Shown: piece after piece, positions 1 through 13,300 of the stretch
Position numbering within the stretch: the first letter of the stretch is position 1
Layout: each line of letters starts with the position of its first letter
From: Caecitellus pseudoparvulus
Lineage: Eukaryota; Protista; Bigyra: Bicosoecida
Length of the DNA: 18,264 bases
Direction of reading: 5' to 3'
Assembly (NCBI GenBank): GCA_965644315.1
Contig: CBFFRQ010000103.1
Span: 1 to 18,264, forward strand
Notes under the pieces: model-generated
Seen by the model: only the letters and a program-made list of their open reading frames with translations
What the model was told of the DNA's origin: nothing
The model's database searches: none
Program-made: the position numbers and the translations under genes

Positions 1-96
1 ACCAAATTTTGCACCCCTCCATTTCGCGTGTGCTGGGACACTTGAATTCATTGTAGCCTGTCAGAACCGGTGTGCATCCATCTTTGCCAGAGCATC

Positions 97-2935
97 ATGG
101 GTGGTTGTCTGTCTGCGCCAGTCGAACGACCCGAATGGAAACCAGAGGAATTCACTTCCTCTCACGCCAAGCGGAGCCCTGCCACGAAGGCTCCGTCAAA
201 CGGCCGTAATCAGCATCCTAGCAAGGGTGCATCCCGCCAGAGCCGACCGCAGGCTGCTTCTGGGGCAGGCGGGGGTGGCAGGCCAACAGCTTCCGCCAGC
301 GCACCTGCAGTGACTCGAGGGAAACCGCCCGCAAGTACGTTGAGAACGCGCTGCCTGCGCTGTATACAGCTACTTTGATCATTCACAAGCTTCAGACCTC
401 GCAGTTGATCCGAAGTGGGGAGCTGTCTTCAACCCGGAGGCTGCAACCGGGTCTGAACTTGTGAAGCCAAGGACTGGAGCTGCCCTGGCAGCGGCGGTTG
501 CTGTGACCGAGGCTGCAGCCAATCCGAGGCCCTCTCCAGGTCCTGAAGAGCAGACCCGAGTGCTTGCGGTCTTGGAACAGCTTGCCCGTGGCAAACGGGA
601 TGAGAATGCGTTGAAAACAGCAGGCTTGCACTTCGACGCAGAGCCCGAGGTAGCGTGGCTGCTTGCACTGGACTTGCGAGATCCTCAGAACGGCGTGTGG
701 GGCGCAATGACACCAAGTGCAAGAAAAGGATTTGACGAAGATGAGTTCTGCTCGGGACAAGGGCCGCTGAGCCTGTCATTCAGCGGAGTTCCGACCCGAG
801 TGCAGTCACTCTCCACCAAGCAAGTGGCGGGGGGGAAGAAGTTCATCTTCGCCCTCTGGCGCTTCAAGTGGGACCGGATCGGAAGTTCTGTCTGCGTGCA
901 GTTTGTCCTTAAGAATCAGAAGATTGTGGAGTACAAGCTGGGACTCAAAGAAGCGCCGCCGTTTCACATGCCCCCCGGGCTGATGATGTCTGTCAATTGG
1001 GACGACGGGCAACCCTGCCCCCTGCAAGTGATTTTCAAGCCAACCAGAACAATTGCACTCCGCACCAGGCTAATGAAGGCTGCTGTTGGGAGCGCACCTC
1101 ACCCAGAGTTCGCGCTCATCACTGTGCCGCGCATCAGAGGACTGGATACAGCAGGCTTGGCCACCTGCATCAACTGGAGGCACTGGGCTGAGGGAGCGGC
1201 AACCCTCCGCCGCGTGCCCACCGCTGGGCATGGCCAAGAGATGTACACAGTTGCTTGGGGAGAGCTGGAAAGCGTCCTGATCACGCACGAGTTCGATGCG
1301 TGTGAGGTGGCGCTGATGAGGACGGGAGAGACGGTGCCACCGCACTGGCACAAAGTACCCTTCAAGCCATTGCCTGCTGAAGCGAAGAAAGCGCTGACAA
1401 GGGATGAACATGGGGACTTCGCAGCGATGGCGGCCGCGCTTAAGCCCCACGACATGCTGCGAAAGACAGGCGAAACCAAGTGGGCGTTCGCACAGCGGTT
1501 TGTCACCTGGTTGATGCGGCATGTCAAGTACGACCTCGCAAAAGCAATGGAGCTGAACTCTGGCAAGCCGCCCAGCCACATAATCAGCACCTCCAGGGTG
1601 GCCCAGTGTGGCTCCTTCACGGGTGTAGCTTGCGAAGTGTTTCGGATGGCAGGTATTCCAGCGTTCAGCACTTGCGGCTTTGGCGTGAGGGAGGAGCGCG
1701 CGTCTGTGGCTGGTACAGCCCTCCACTGCGTCATGACGGCATGGTTCGATGGTTTGGGTTGGCTACCAGTGGAGCCTCAAGCTGTGAACGATCCCCAAGC
1801 CTGGCCTTTCTTTGGCGGATGGGGGGGCTGGACAGTGGACCAAGCCATGGCTCTCTTCATCTACGGTGACCGGTCTCAAGGATACTTCAGGGATGCAGTG
1901 CAGACGTTCCCCATACGTGGCGGCACAGGGTATGTGGAATCGCTGTTTCACAAACTTGACGCTGACAAGAGTGGCAAGCTGTCGTCGGATGAGCTAGCAC
2001 AGCTTCTGCAGCGAGAAGTGTCGGGCTCCAACCCCCAAAGCGACACTGGGCTGGCATCCAGCATCATGGCCAAGATTGACAAAAACAAGGATGGGGAAGT
2101 GGACCTGGCGGAGTTTCTGGCCTTCTTGCGTTCTGGTTCCTCCTCCATGTACTATGACATGGTGGCCATGAAACCTGGCCAAACCACAGTTCAAGTGTTC
2201 GGCTTGACGAAGCCGCTGCAATACGTCCAGTATGCGGAGTACATGGAGCAACATGCTCGGGGGTGTGTGACACTCTTCAAGAAGCTGGGGGCAACGTATC
2301 CTGAGCTTGAGCCAAGCCGCCTTGCGGCTTGCAAACGGCCTGTGATCCTGGAGCACACTCTCTGCATGCATTTCGACATTCCGCTCCCCATGGCTCGCAA
2401 GCTTGCCGTGGATGCACTGGCCAAGTACAAAACTCTGGACCCCATGGCTGCTCTCAGGCCTGTGGGACCAGAGCTCATGCGCAAGGCACAGGAGACAACA
2501 GAGCAATCACTCAAAAACCAACGCCTGCACGCTCTCAAGATCTACCTCACGGCCCTTCTCTCAGGCGACGTGTCGCGGATCTTTGCTCTGTTCAGCCAGC
2601 CGATGCAAGAAGCCCTGGGTGGAGATGACCAGGAGCGCAGAGCTGGAAACGTCCGCATGGGCGGCCCTTTCAACCCGTTCGCGCCAATGCCTGGCAGCGT
2701 GCTGGGACACATTGAAGTGGAAGACCTCCTCGGCACGCCGATCCTCCATGGCTACAGCTTGAAAGACGGGCAGCTATACCCTTTCGCGATGGCAGTCGTG
2801 GTTGGCGACGACAGCCTCGTGTGGGGACTGGACTACCGGCCACAAAAAGATTGGAGCGCTGCCAACAAGTCCACACCAAGAACGACTCCCAAAGAACTCT
2901 TCGGGGCTGACTTTGACCCACGCGCTAAGAACTGA
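97..2935 (+). CDS. Spliced gene (exons 97-334 and 405-2935, ~922 aa): N-acylated transglutaminase-like (Transglut_core/papain-like fold) protein with two EF-hands
   Basis: ATG at 97 gives MGGCLS, an N-myristoyl/palmitoyl pattern. Removing the phase-1 intron 335-404 joins it in frame to the 461-2935 ORF (...KPPA-I-DPKWGAVF...). The transglutaminase-like motif order is WLMRHVKYD...AQC(1607-1609)...FRMAGIPA...GF...LH(1724-1726)CVMTAWFDGLGWLPVE(1772-1774)P. EF-hand loops are DADKSGKLSSDE (1958-1993) and DKNKDGEVDLAE (2078-2113). Confidence 0.85.
335..404 (+). other. Predicted 70-nt spliceosomal intron (alternative in-frame acceptor at 395)
   Basis: GTACGT donor at 335 and CTCGCAG acceptor ending at 404. 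It contains stops in both flanking frames (TGA 341-343 and 376-378), and its removal restores one continuous frame. TTCAG ending at 395 is also in frame. Confidence 0.75.
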
Positions 2936-2965
2936 ATGCAATGGTGGTGTGATGCATGTGAAGGT

Positions 2966-2981
2966 GGTGTTGAGGAACACC
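2966..2981 (-). promoter_or_regulatory. Histone mRNA 3' stem-loop of H4 (GGTGTT-CCTC-AACACC)
   Basis: Perfect 6-bp stem with a 4-nt loop followed by ACC, 78 nt after the H4 stop. It lies in a 33-nt block (2963-2995) matching the H3 3' block at 31/33 positions. Confidence 0.88.
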
Positions 2982-3059
2982 GTTGGGGTGGTGGGGTGGC
3001 GCAGTGCCTGAGCACACACGCCGCCTGGCAGGCAAGCCCTGCCACGGGAAGCAGTCCGC

Positions 3060-4095
<1,036 letters not shown>

Positions 4096-4143
4096 ATGCT
4101 GCGCAGCCTTGCGGCGCAGGCTTGGCCTGCCCACCACCCCCAC

Positions 4144-4159
4144 GGTGTTACTCAACACC
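4144..4159 (+). promoter_or_regulatory. Histone mRNA 3' stem-loop of H3 (GGTGTT-ACTC-AACACC)
   Basis: 6-bp stem with a 4-nt loop followed by ACCA, 48 nt after the H3 stop. The stem is identical to that after H4. Confidence 0.88.
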
Positions 4160-4348
4160 ACCAATGACTCTTGCGCCATGGCTTGCACTGCATCTTGTGG
4201 TCTGTGAGCGGGCAAGCGATGGACACATGCATTTCAAGCGTCACTGAATCAAACTGCAGCTGGGCCATGTCAATCAAAGCCTGTGTGAAAGCCAAAAACC
4301 ATATAATACACTTGCCTTTGGGACCAGGGGGTTGCTCTACATGGGGAT

Positions 4349-7300
4349 TTACCCTGATGATGTGCCCCCGCCCACACTGGCGCTGCTGGTGCTCTTCTTG
4401 CGCCGGGCAAAGCTAGGCGAAGCTCGAGCACGCCCAACTGCACCTGGAGCTCCCCCTCCAGCCACACTCTCCTCCTCACCACGTGCCGCAGAGTCGACCA
4501 GGGACTGGATGGAAGCGGAGCGCATCCTCTCCGAGTCTGCAGCGGCATTCCTCAGCATCAGGCTGGTCCGCCTCGAAGACTTGCGCCGTGTGGTTGCAGC
4601 AGAAGGCGTGGACACCTTGGTCGACTTCACCATGCTCTGCACCGCCTCGAGACTCGCGCCACCTCCCTGACTTGGCTTGGCCAGCACCGTCTTGGACAGA
4701 CTGCTCAGCTCCACGCCTTCGCCCGTGCCTGCACTGGACAGCTTGCTCTTGGACAGCCCCCTGCGTGCAGGCGAACGGAACACAAACGCCAGCCCTGCAG
4801 CAAGAACCTTAGCAAGGGCACTGGTGCCTTGCAGAGCTGCCTTCGGTGCGGCTAACACGAGCAGCAGTCCCAACACAGGCACCCAGAAGCCACAGTTCAC
4901 GCCTGCCACCACCACGGCGTCAGCTGCTTGCAGGTCCACCTCAACTGCGCTCAAGTACGGGTTGGAGCGCCCTGCCTCGGCGAAGAAGGCGCCACTCCTC
5001 CAAGCGTACATGGCAAAGGTAAAACCCGCCTGCACCATGACCCCGCCTTGCACCAGCACTGACAGGGAATGCAACAGCATCGACTGTCGGTGCAGGCGTG
5101 TGATCGCTGCCAGACGCAAGCTGTGCCCAGCTCGCTTGTCCAGCTCGCTGCGCACTGCATGTTGCAGCAGCGGCAAGCCCATCCAAGCTGGCGCGTCCCC
5201 CGTCATGAGCAGGGGCTGCAGCCACAGGTTGGCCGCCATGCACACGGCACACACTGCCCCCGCCATGTACGCGCGGTTGATGAGGAAGGGCGAGGCTGCT
5301 GCAGCCAGGGCGAGTGCCAAGCACTGCCCCAGCCACACGAGGCTGTACCACCACATGGAAGGGCGGAAGAAGCCCCAGCTCCACCCCAGACTCGTCCACA
5401 GCCACGTCGCAGGAGATGTGCTCGTCGCCTCCTCCACCTGCATCTGGGCGTGGCTCAGCAGCGTGCCAGCGGCACCTGGATACAGCAGAGCAGTGGCTGC
5501 TGTTGCCACTGGCCAGGTCGTCGTGCCATCCGCACCACACTCCACCTCATCCCGCAGGCTCTCCATGTCTGCATCTTCCTTGTCTGAGCCACCATGACCT
5601 CTTGCGCTGGACTCCTGCAGGGCATCTGCAAGTCGGCCAGCTGGCAACACAGGTCGACCCCGCCACAGCACGACAAGCGGCACCACACCCCACAGCACAG
5701 CCAACAGCCCTGCCGTCACTTGCAACTGCACGTGCAGCTCTGAGCCAGCCAGGTACTTGAAGCCCTGCAGCATGTACTCGGCCTGGGGCGATGCGGGCAG
5801 CGTCAAGAACACCGTCACCATGGACAGCAGCGAGCGAGGCACGGTCATGAACATGGACAGGCCACAGGCAGCACCAATGGCCCCCAACACCTCCCGGCCA
5901 CCACACACTCTACGCTGCTTGCCGCACAGGGCGCTGCAGGCCACAACCACACCAGCTACGATGCAGCCAGCCAACAGCCCCAGCACAGGCAGAGAAGCGC
6001 CGATGCCGAAGCTTGTCGTGACCAAGTCTCGCGCGCCCAGCACACAGCTCGTGTACTGCGCGTGCACGGGGAAGATGGAGGCGATGTGGGACAGGGTGGA
6101 AACTCCTTCCATGCCCTCCACTGTGCCCAGACGGTACGAGTCCAGCTGGGACGACCACTGCAAGTGCAGCACCAGCAGCCACAGCGCCACGAAGCGCACT
6201 TGCAGCAAGGACGAAGCAGGCCCGCTGCCTTCACCTGACACTTCAGCTGATCCGCCATCCACGATCAGTGCAATGGATGCTCCAGATGAGCGCTGGACCC
6301 AGTCCGCTCTGCTCTCGCTCTGCACGAATGGCACCTGTAGAGCAGGCGGCACTTCAACTGCGCCTTGGGGCTTGCCGCCCATGATGAACAGCACTCCCCG
6401 CCAGGCGCACAACAACAGGCCCAGCAGCACCAAGCTCATGAACGTCGTGGCGGCCAGAAGGGCGCTGGACGACTCGCGACAGGGCACACAGTCCACTGAT
6501 GCGCCGCCTGCGACGGGCGAGTATGTGTACGAGTCTGCACACACGCCACACAAGTCGCCTTCGTGCCCAGCAGCGCAACCTGTGGGGATGATGCTGTAGT
6601 TGCTCCACTGCAGGGACGTCGCCTGCCCCGCCTCACACGCCAGCGGATTGGGGCACAGGAAGATGTTGTCCCCGATGTCGTTCGCTTGTGTGCCTGGGAC
6701 GAGCCCCGCCCCATCAGCGTCCACAAGCGTTGAGGCCAGCGCAAAGCCAGGCAACACAGCCAAGATGCCATCGCCACACACAGCGCCCTCAGGGCACGCA
6801 GTGCAAACAGTTGAGCCAGGCAGCGAAAAGGTGCCGTCTCCACACCGCTGGCACACTGCGGGAGACGTCACACGCCCTGCAGTCGCAGCCACGCCCACCT
6901 TCCCTGCCCCACAAGGCGCACACACCAGTGACGCAGGCGACAGGGCAGCTCCCTGAGGAGCCTGGGGTGCCACGCCATACCCTGCAGTGCACTCACACAC
7001 CAGCCCCGTCTGCACTTGATTCGGGCCACACTCAGCCCGGGCCACAGTGATTGCTGCGGCTCCAGGTGCGGAGGCCAGGCGTGTGGACAGCTCCCCGCCT
7101 GCACTGCCAGCGTCCACGTTCAGCACATCCACTTCGAAGCTCAGCCCGGCTCCCACTGGCAGTGCCCGCACGGTGGACAGGGACAGGAAGACGCCGTACA
7201 TGAAGGTCTGCGGCGCCTGACTTGCAGGAACACCCACTTCAGCGCTGGACACCAGCGCACCGTGCAGTGAGCGCAGCAGGGCCAACTCTGAGCCACTCAG

Positions 7301-10300
7301 CGTTCGTGCCACAGCAGGGATAGAGGAGGAATTCGCGCCACTTCCTGACAGTGATCGCCCAGATGCACCGTTTACGAGCAGGCGGGCCGCGACGACATCT
7401 TGCCCAGCTTGGCGAGGTCGGCCCAGCGCATCTCGCAGCACGACCAGAGCAAGCAGCACACCATCTGGAGTCATCAACTGGTCATCGTCTGACACGTACG
7501 GCGACGTGATGACAGTGGACGGCTGCAGTGGCAGGTGCTGCCCGCTGAGGGTCGAGGTCAGTGGCAGCAAACTGGACTGGCCAGGCGCAGCTGTGCCTTG
7601 CGCCACACGAACACTCACCACTGAGCTTCCGAGAGTCAATGCCCCTGTACGAGTGTCATTAAGGAGAATGAGCACTGTCCCAGTGTACTGGCCAGGCTCA
7701 GGTGTGCTGGAGTCAGAAATGCGGACCGACAGCGGCGCCACAGCATCACCAGAGGGAGGAATGACCAAGCCCGCGTCCAACATGGGTGCCACGCTGAGCC
7801 AGCTCGTTGCTGCCGCCTCCAGACTGGCCAGCGCGGTCAACGCGTCAAACTGCACCTCCACGGCCGCGCTCACATCAGTGCTGTTGCGACTCGCAGCGCA
7901 GGCGTCAGCCACAGGGGCAATGGCCACATCTCCATCCAGCACAGCAGCATCCACGACAGCAACTGGGTCCACCCCGAGGTTTCGCAGGCTCAACGCTGTG
8001 ACAGCAGTTGATGCGGCGGCTCCAGAGCCCAGGGATGCAGGTGGGGCCAAGGGCGGCACCCGCACTCGCCCAGGGCATGGCTGCACCGTGGCCACCAAGA
8101 TGCGGACAGGAATGGTCTGCACTGTGCCCTGCACATCTCCCAGCACCAGCACCAGCTCAGCTCGGTGCAAGCCCTGAGGGAGCTGGGACAGGTCCATCGC
8201 AATCCGCACTGTGCTGACACTCCCAGGCTGTGTCGTGCCGTGCAGCGCGCCCCGAAGTACAGGGTCGGCTTGCAGGACATCTCGTGTTGGGGCAAGAGCG
8301 AGCAGCTCGCCACGTGTCGGCACAAGGCCGCCCACACTGGACACTGACAGCCAGCACTGTGAGGACTGATCTTGCAGCAGGAACCAGTCCAGGCCTGCCG
8401 CTCCACTGCTGTCAATGGTCAGACTCTGTTCCATGCTGCTGCTGTCTCCATCTGGCACAGCGTAGCCTTCGATGACTTCTGGAGTGGCCGAGCCAGCTGG
8501 CAGCTTCACATGTACGAGGAGGGGAATGCTGAGCAGGGTGTCGAAGGATGCAGAGGAGTAGGCAGTCACGTTGAACAGGAACAGGCCTTGGAATGAAGCC
8601 ACGTCTGAGTTGCTCCTCACATCAGTCACAGGAAGAGACACCTGCACGCGGGTGTCCAGCGACGTGAAAGCCGTCAACGACAGCGGGCCTGCCAAGGATG
8701 GAGCCAGAACACGGGCAGAGGGAGGGCTGCCACCCTGTTCGTCGGCCATGGCTGCAGCAGCTGCGATCGGATCCGAACTGGCCAAGGCCAGGAGGTCAGG
8801 GGCAGGACTGGCCATGTACTTCACTGACGCCACAGCAGCCCCGATGGAGGTGAGCTCGCCCAGAGCCCGGAAGGTCACGGGCACGTCCATCAACGCCGCA
8901 GCAGAAGCGAAGGCGGAGATACTGAGCACTGTCAACGGCAGCACAGGCGTGGCTGCGTCGATGTACGTCACTCGAGGCAGCACTCGACGTGGAGGCGGCG
9001 TGACACCTGGAACAGTCGAAGGTGCAGCGCTTTGCGATGGCGCAGCGGGAACGGATGGATCAGGGCTGCGTGTCGTGGAGGGTGTGGCTGCTGCACTTGA
9101 GGATGCTGTGGGTGTCGCAGCACCTGTTGCCGAGGCTGTGGGTGACGGTGTGGGAGAGGCGCTCTTGACTGTGGCAGAGGCTGAAGCTGTCATGCTGGAG
9201 GTCGGAGAGGCGCTCACTGATGGTGTGACTGACGTTGTTGGAGTGCTGCTCGTGGTGCCAGTGGGAGCAACGGAAATGCTTCCGGTCGCAGATGACGACG
9301 GGCTCCTTGTGGCCTCTGAAGAAACTGAAGGACTCACAGTGCTGGTGGGGCTGTTCGTGGATGAGGGTGTGTTGCTGGGCGTGCCGCTGACCGACGCAGT
9401 TGCTGTGTTTGAAGTCGAAGGAGTGGTTGTGGAGGATGGAGAAGGCGACCACAGCAACGGCACGACAGTGGGTCGCACCCAAGGCGACACAGGTGCCAGC
9501 ACATCAGCTGGAGGCGGCACAGAGCTGTCATTCCCCGCTCGCACCACAGACGCCAACGTGCTGAGGCGGTGTTCCGGCACCACCACAGGCTCGTACTGTG
9601 TTGGGGGAGCAGGCAACGCCTCCAGCACGTAGAAGTTGGAGGTCTTGGCATAGCCCCAGGTGTTCAGGGAGCCCCGCATCTTCAGGTCGTCCATGTAAGC
9701 CGCTGCAGTCAGGATGTGCAGCATTCCCGACTCTGTCTGGCGCAGCAGGGCCATGCTGGAGCCGATGTTGCTCCAGTTGGGCAGCATGCGGTCGTAAAGT
9801 GGCGATGCCTTGACAACAGGCACGCTCTGGCGCACAGATCCGTCTGGGTTGAGGTACACGGCGTAGATCTCGGCGTGGCGCTGGATGCGCTCTCCGAAGT
9901 ACCGCAGGGCTTGGTTGCCGAACATGCGGGGCCAGAGGATGTCCCGTGGATGCGGGGGATTGTGTGGGAGCTTGCGGAGGTCTGCCCAAACGTTGTCCAG
10001 ACCATTTGGTCGACCTGTCTCTTGGAGGTTACCCTGGCAAAAAACTTCTACTCTCCAAGGCACGCTTGACAAGGCACTTCCAGTCATGTACTGCTCACGG
10101 GACTCGCCCAGGATGCTTTCCTTCTTCAGGTGGCTGTCCACGTAGCCATTGATTGCGCTCGACCAGGAACTTCGGCTGACAGCAGGAACAGATGAAGTTG
10201 TGTGGTAGAAAGCCCCTGGTTGGGTGATGAAGGGACACAGCACCGCTGTGGATACGGGCATGGAGGTGGGTGCTTTGCCCGCTTGCAGGGCTGGAAAGCG

Positions 10301-13300
10301 CTTTGCGCGTGTTACCTGAGGCAGGTACAAAGTCTGGCCAGATCGAGGAACTGTCGCCCCAGGAGGCATGCGAGGCCCAGCTGCCCAAGTTACAGTTGAG
10401 TGTGGAAATGAGTCGGAGTCAGGATCCGAGAACGCCTCCAGCCCTGCATCCCTGAAGAAGTCTTTTCCATTGTGCTGGGCTTGGTACCAGTCTGACTGGT
10501 CTCGGATCCACTGGTTTCTTGAGTTTGTCGTGGCAAGCTCCCGCAAAGGGGCGCTTCTTGGCATCGGGCGCCTAGAGGCTGAATAGCTCGTGGATCTCAA
10601 CACCCCCCCAATGTTCGGACCCCTTGTCACAATATTTGAGGTGCTTGCACCTGCCATAGATTGTCGGAACATTCTCTCAGCTGACAGCAAGTTCCCCATC
10701 CTTGCCGTGGTCTTTTTTGTGCTTGAGCTTGGTCCAGGGTACGAGTACCTTCGATTGAAGGCATTGAATGCAGTCGGGATGACATGCCCTGACAGCCCGT
10801 TCATGGTCACGTCGGGCATCCCGGTGGCTTGGGGCTGGAAGTTCCAGTAGCTCGTCGCCAACGCTCCCCAGTTCACATTGAAGGTTTGGTAGTATGATCC
10901 CTTGTTGTTCGTCTGCAGCAGCTTCACCTCGCCTTGCAGTGGCCACCGATTCCCATTTATCTTCCTTCGATACGTGCCGTCCATGTACTGGCTGGCTGTG
11001 AACACCTCCCCGCCGTTCCGCCACTTCGGATGAGCTTTCTGCCGCCACGAATCCACCTGCACCAACATGTCTGGAATGGAGGAAGCAAAGCCGTTCTCTT
11101 GACTGAAGCCCAGTGGATTGGGCACCATGTTCGGCCCCCCGAACACGCTCTCACTTCCTGGCTCAGCTCCGTCGTCCATGACTTGGCCTGCAGATGACGG
11201 ACCCACATGCCCGTACAGCAGCTCTGGATGTAGCCCGGACAGCCCAATGCCCACAGTGGTGCCGCCCACATCGATGCTGAAGGGCCGGATGTCATTCTCC
11301 TGCAGCAGACTCGCGTTCAGCGCGGTGCCATTCCTGCCCAGCCGCACAAGCATCAACATGCCCTTGCCTTCTCGAGTCACAGGGTGGTGGTTTTCAGTGT
11401 AGAGCCCAGCTGCACTTTGTGATGTCTCGGCCTTCATGTGCTGTGGGCGGAAGAGAGTCGTTGCACCGCTTGTTGATGTTCCGTACGGTGCCGCTGGGTT
11501 GAATGTTGAAGACTTGAACTTATCCAGAACACGTGGACTGGCCCGCCACAGCGCGATCGCCACCACGCCACGCCCCACATACGTCATGCTGTCCCCGAAC
11601 CCCATCTCAGGCCGTGCACTATACGCTGTGAAGGATGGCGGCAGGCCAGGGATGGAGGCAGGCGCGATGAGGGAGCTGTGGCTGAAGGTGCCATTCGCAT
11701 CACGGTGCAGCAGCACAATGTACCGCTTGCGTGTCGAGCCGTCGTGGAACACCGCCGCGACGTCCACAGTGCCGTCGCCTTCCAAATCGCCAGCTGCAGC
11801 CAGGCTGACCGGGAAGCGGTTCTTCGGGTGCACAGGCGGCAAGGCAGCTGAGTGTTCCATGTGCAAATCCAGCACATCGACATAGCTCCAGTCTACCAAC
11901 AGCCCTGCTTCAGAAAAGTCCAGCAACAACACAGCACCACGACCGTTCACAGAGCTGCTGTACGTGCCTGTCAGCGCTGCGATGCCTGAAGCCCCCGTTG
12001 CCATGGTCAACCTGGGCGATCCAGAGTGGTTGTTCCAGCCCACGTTTGCCACTGCACAGCCAAGCTGCGCCCCTTCAGCTCCGATGTCAAGAATACTGGC
12101 AGCATCTCCGTCTTCCAGGTGCATGTGACCGCCTGTACTGTGTCGCCCGATGCGGTCAAAGTGCCCCACACGGTACATGCCATCCGCCAGCACCTTCTTC
12201 CCAGGCTCCACATTCGCGTGCTGCGATGTCGTGCCGGTGGAGCCATAGAAGTACTCGCCATTGTTCCATTCGCGAGGAGTCCTGACTGCTTGCTTGGTGC
12301 CTGCTTCAGACTGGTTTCCTGGCACCATGTGCACCATAAACACCGCTCCGACATTGGACCGGCGCAATTGAGGCGGCTCTCGGCCGAAAGCAAATGATCC
12401 GTCGTGCTCTCTACCAACCTCGCCAGCCAATGGTGCTCCCACGAGCATTTCAGCCACTCCATCTCCATCGAAGTCGTGCATGGGCGCCATGGACATGCCC
12501 AGGGAATATGCGCTGGCTTGATGCAAAGCCTTCACATTCGCGGCTGAGTTGCTTCCATTCACTGAAGCCCCTGGAAACATGGAGTTGCCAGGCCGGTACC
12601 TGTCTGTGGCGCCTTGCAGCAGCTGCGTGGTGGTAGAGCTGAACCTGGAGTTCAGGTTGGACTCCCAGAAGTTGCACTGCAAGCTGTTCTCAGCGCGCTG
12701 GATTCTATTCCCAACAAAAATCCCAGAAGGAATTGATATGCTTGTCGTGGAGATGTGCAGGGCCAGTTGCCTTGCCAGCCTTTGAGGCTCCCTGAACTCT
12801 CCACACACAGCAGCGAAGCGGTGAAGACACAGCGCACCAGCCTCCTCACACTCCAACGGCTTGCTCCGGACATGGCAGACTTCAGACCCCATCAGTACCT
12901 CCTCGCCTTCAGCGACAATGCTCACGTTCCGGAAGACTGCCCCTCCATCCCGCCATGTGGATGTCCACACCTCGCCTTCAATGCCTTCACTGCTCGATCC
13001 AGAGCTGCTGGAGCTGGAGCTGCTTTCTCCACTCGCGGACAGCAACACCGAGCCCTCCAGATTCCGTTCAACACGAAAGAAGCCGTCGCTCTCGCCTTCA
13101 TGCAGCAGAGCAGCTCCAGCTGTGTCCATGTCTGCGGGCCCTTCCACGGTGCCCACCCAAGCCTGCAGAGTCAGAGCTCCGTCCTCACTGGTCCACTCGG
13201 CTGATTTCGCACCAGCCAATGCACCCTGCATCAGTTCGCGAACGTGATTGCTGCCGGTCTGAGGAAGCAAGCTGATTTGCCGCACGAAGTTTGTGTCAGT

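Noticed and set aside
461-463. GTG start of the 824-aa ORF
   Set aside because: This is a eukaryotic locus, and the frame is better explained by splicing from ATG 97.
5360-5374. GFFRP resembling the integrin-alpha cytoplasmic GFFKR motif
   Set aside because: It lies in a loop within a polytopic region, before a TM segment, not after a single TM near the C-terminus.
4677-9632. Long + strand ORFs (306, 280, 223 and 353 aa)
   Set aside because: They are antisense shadows of the GC-rich giant CDS and have no recognisable motifs.
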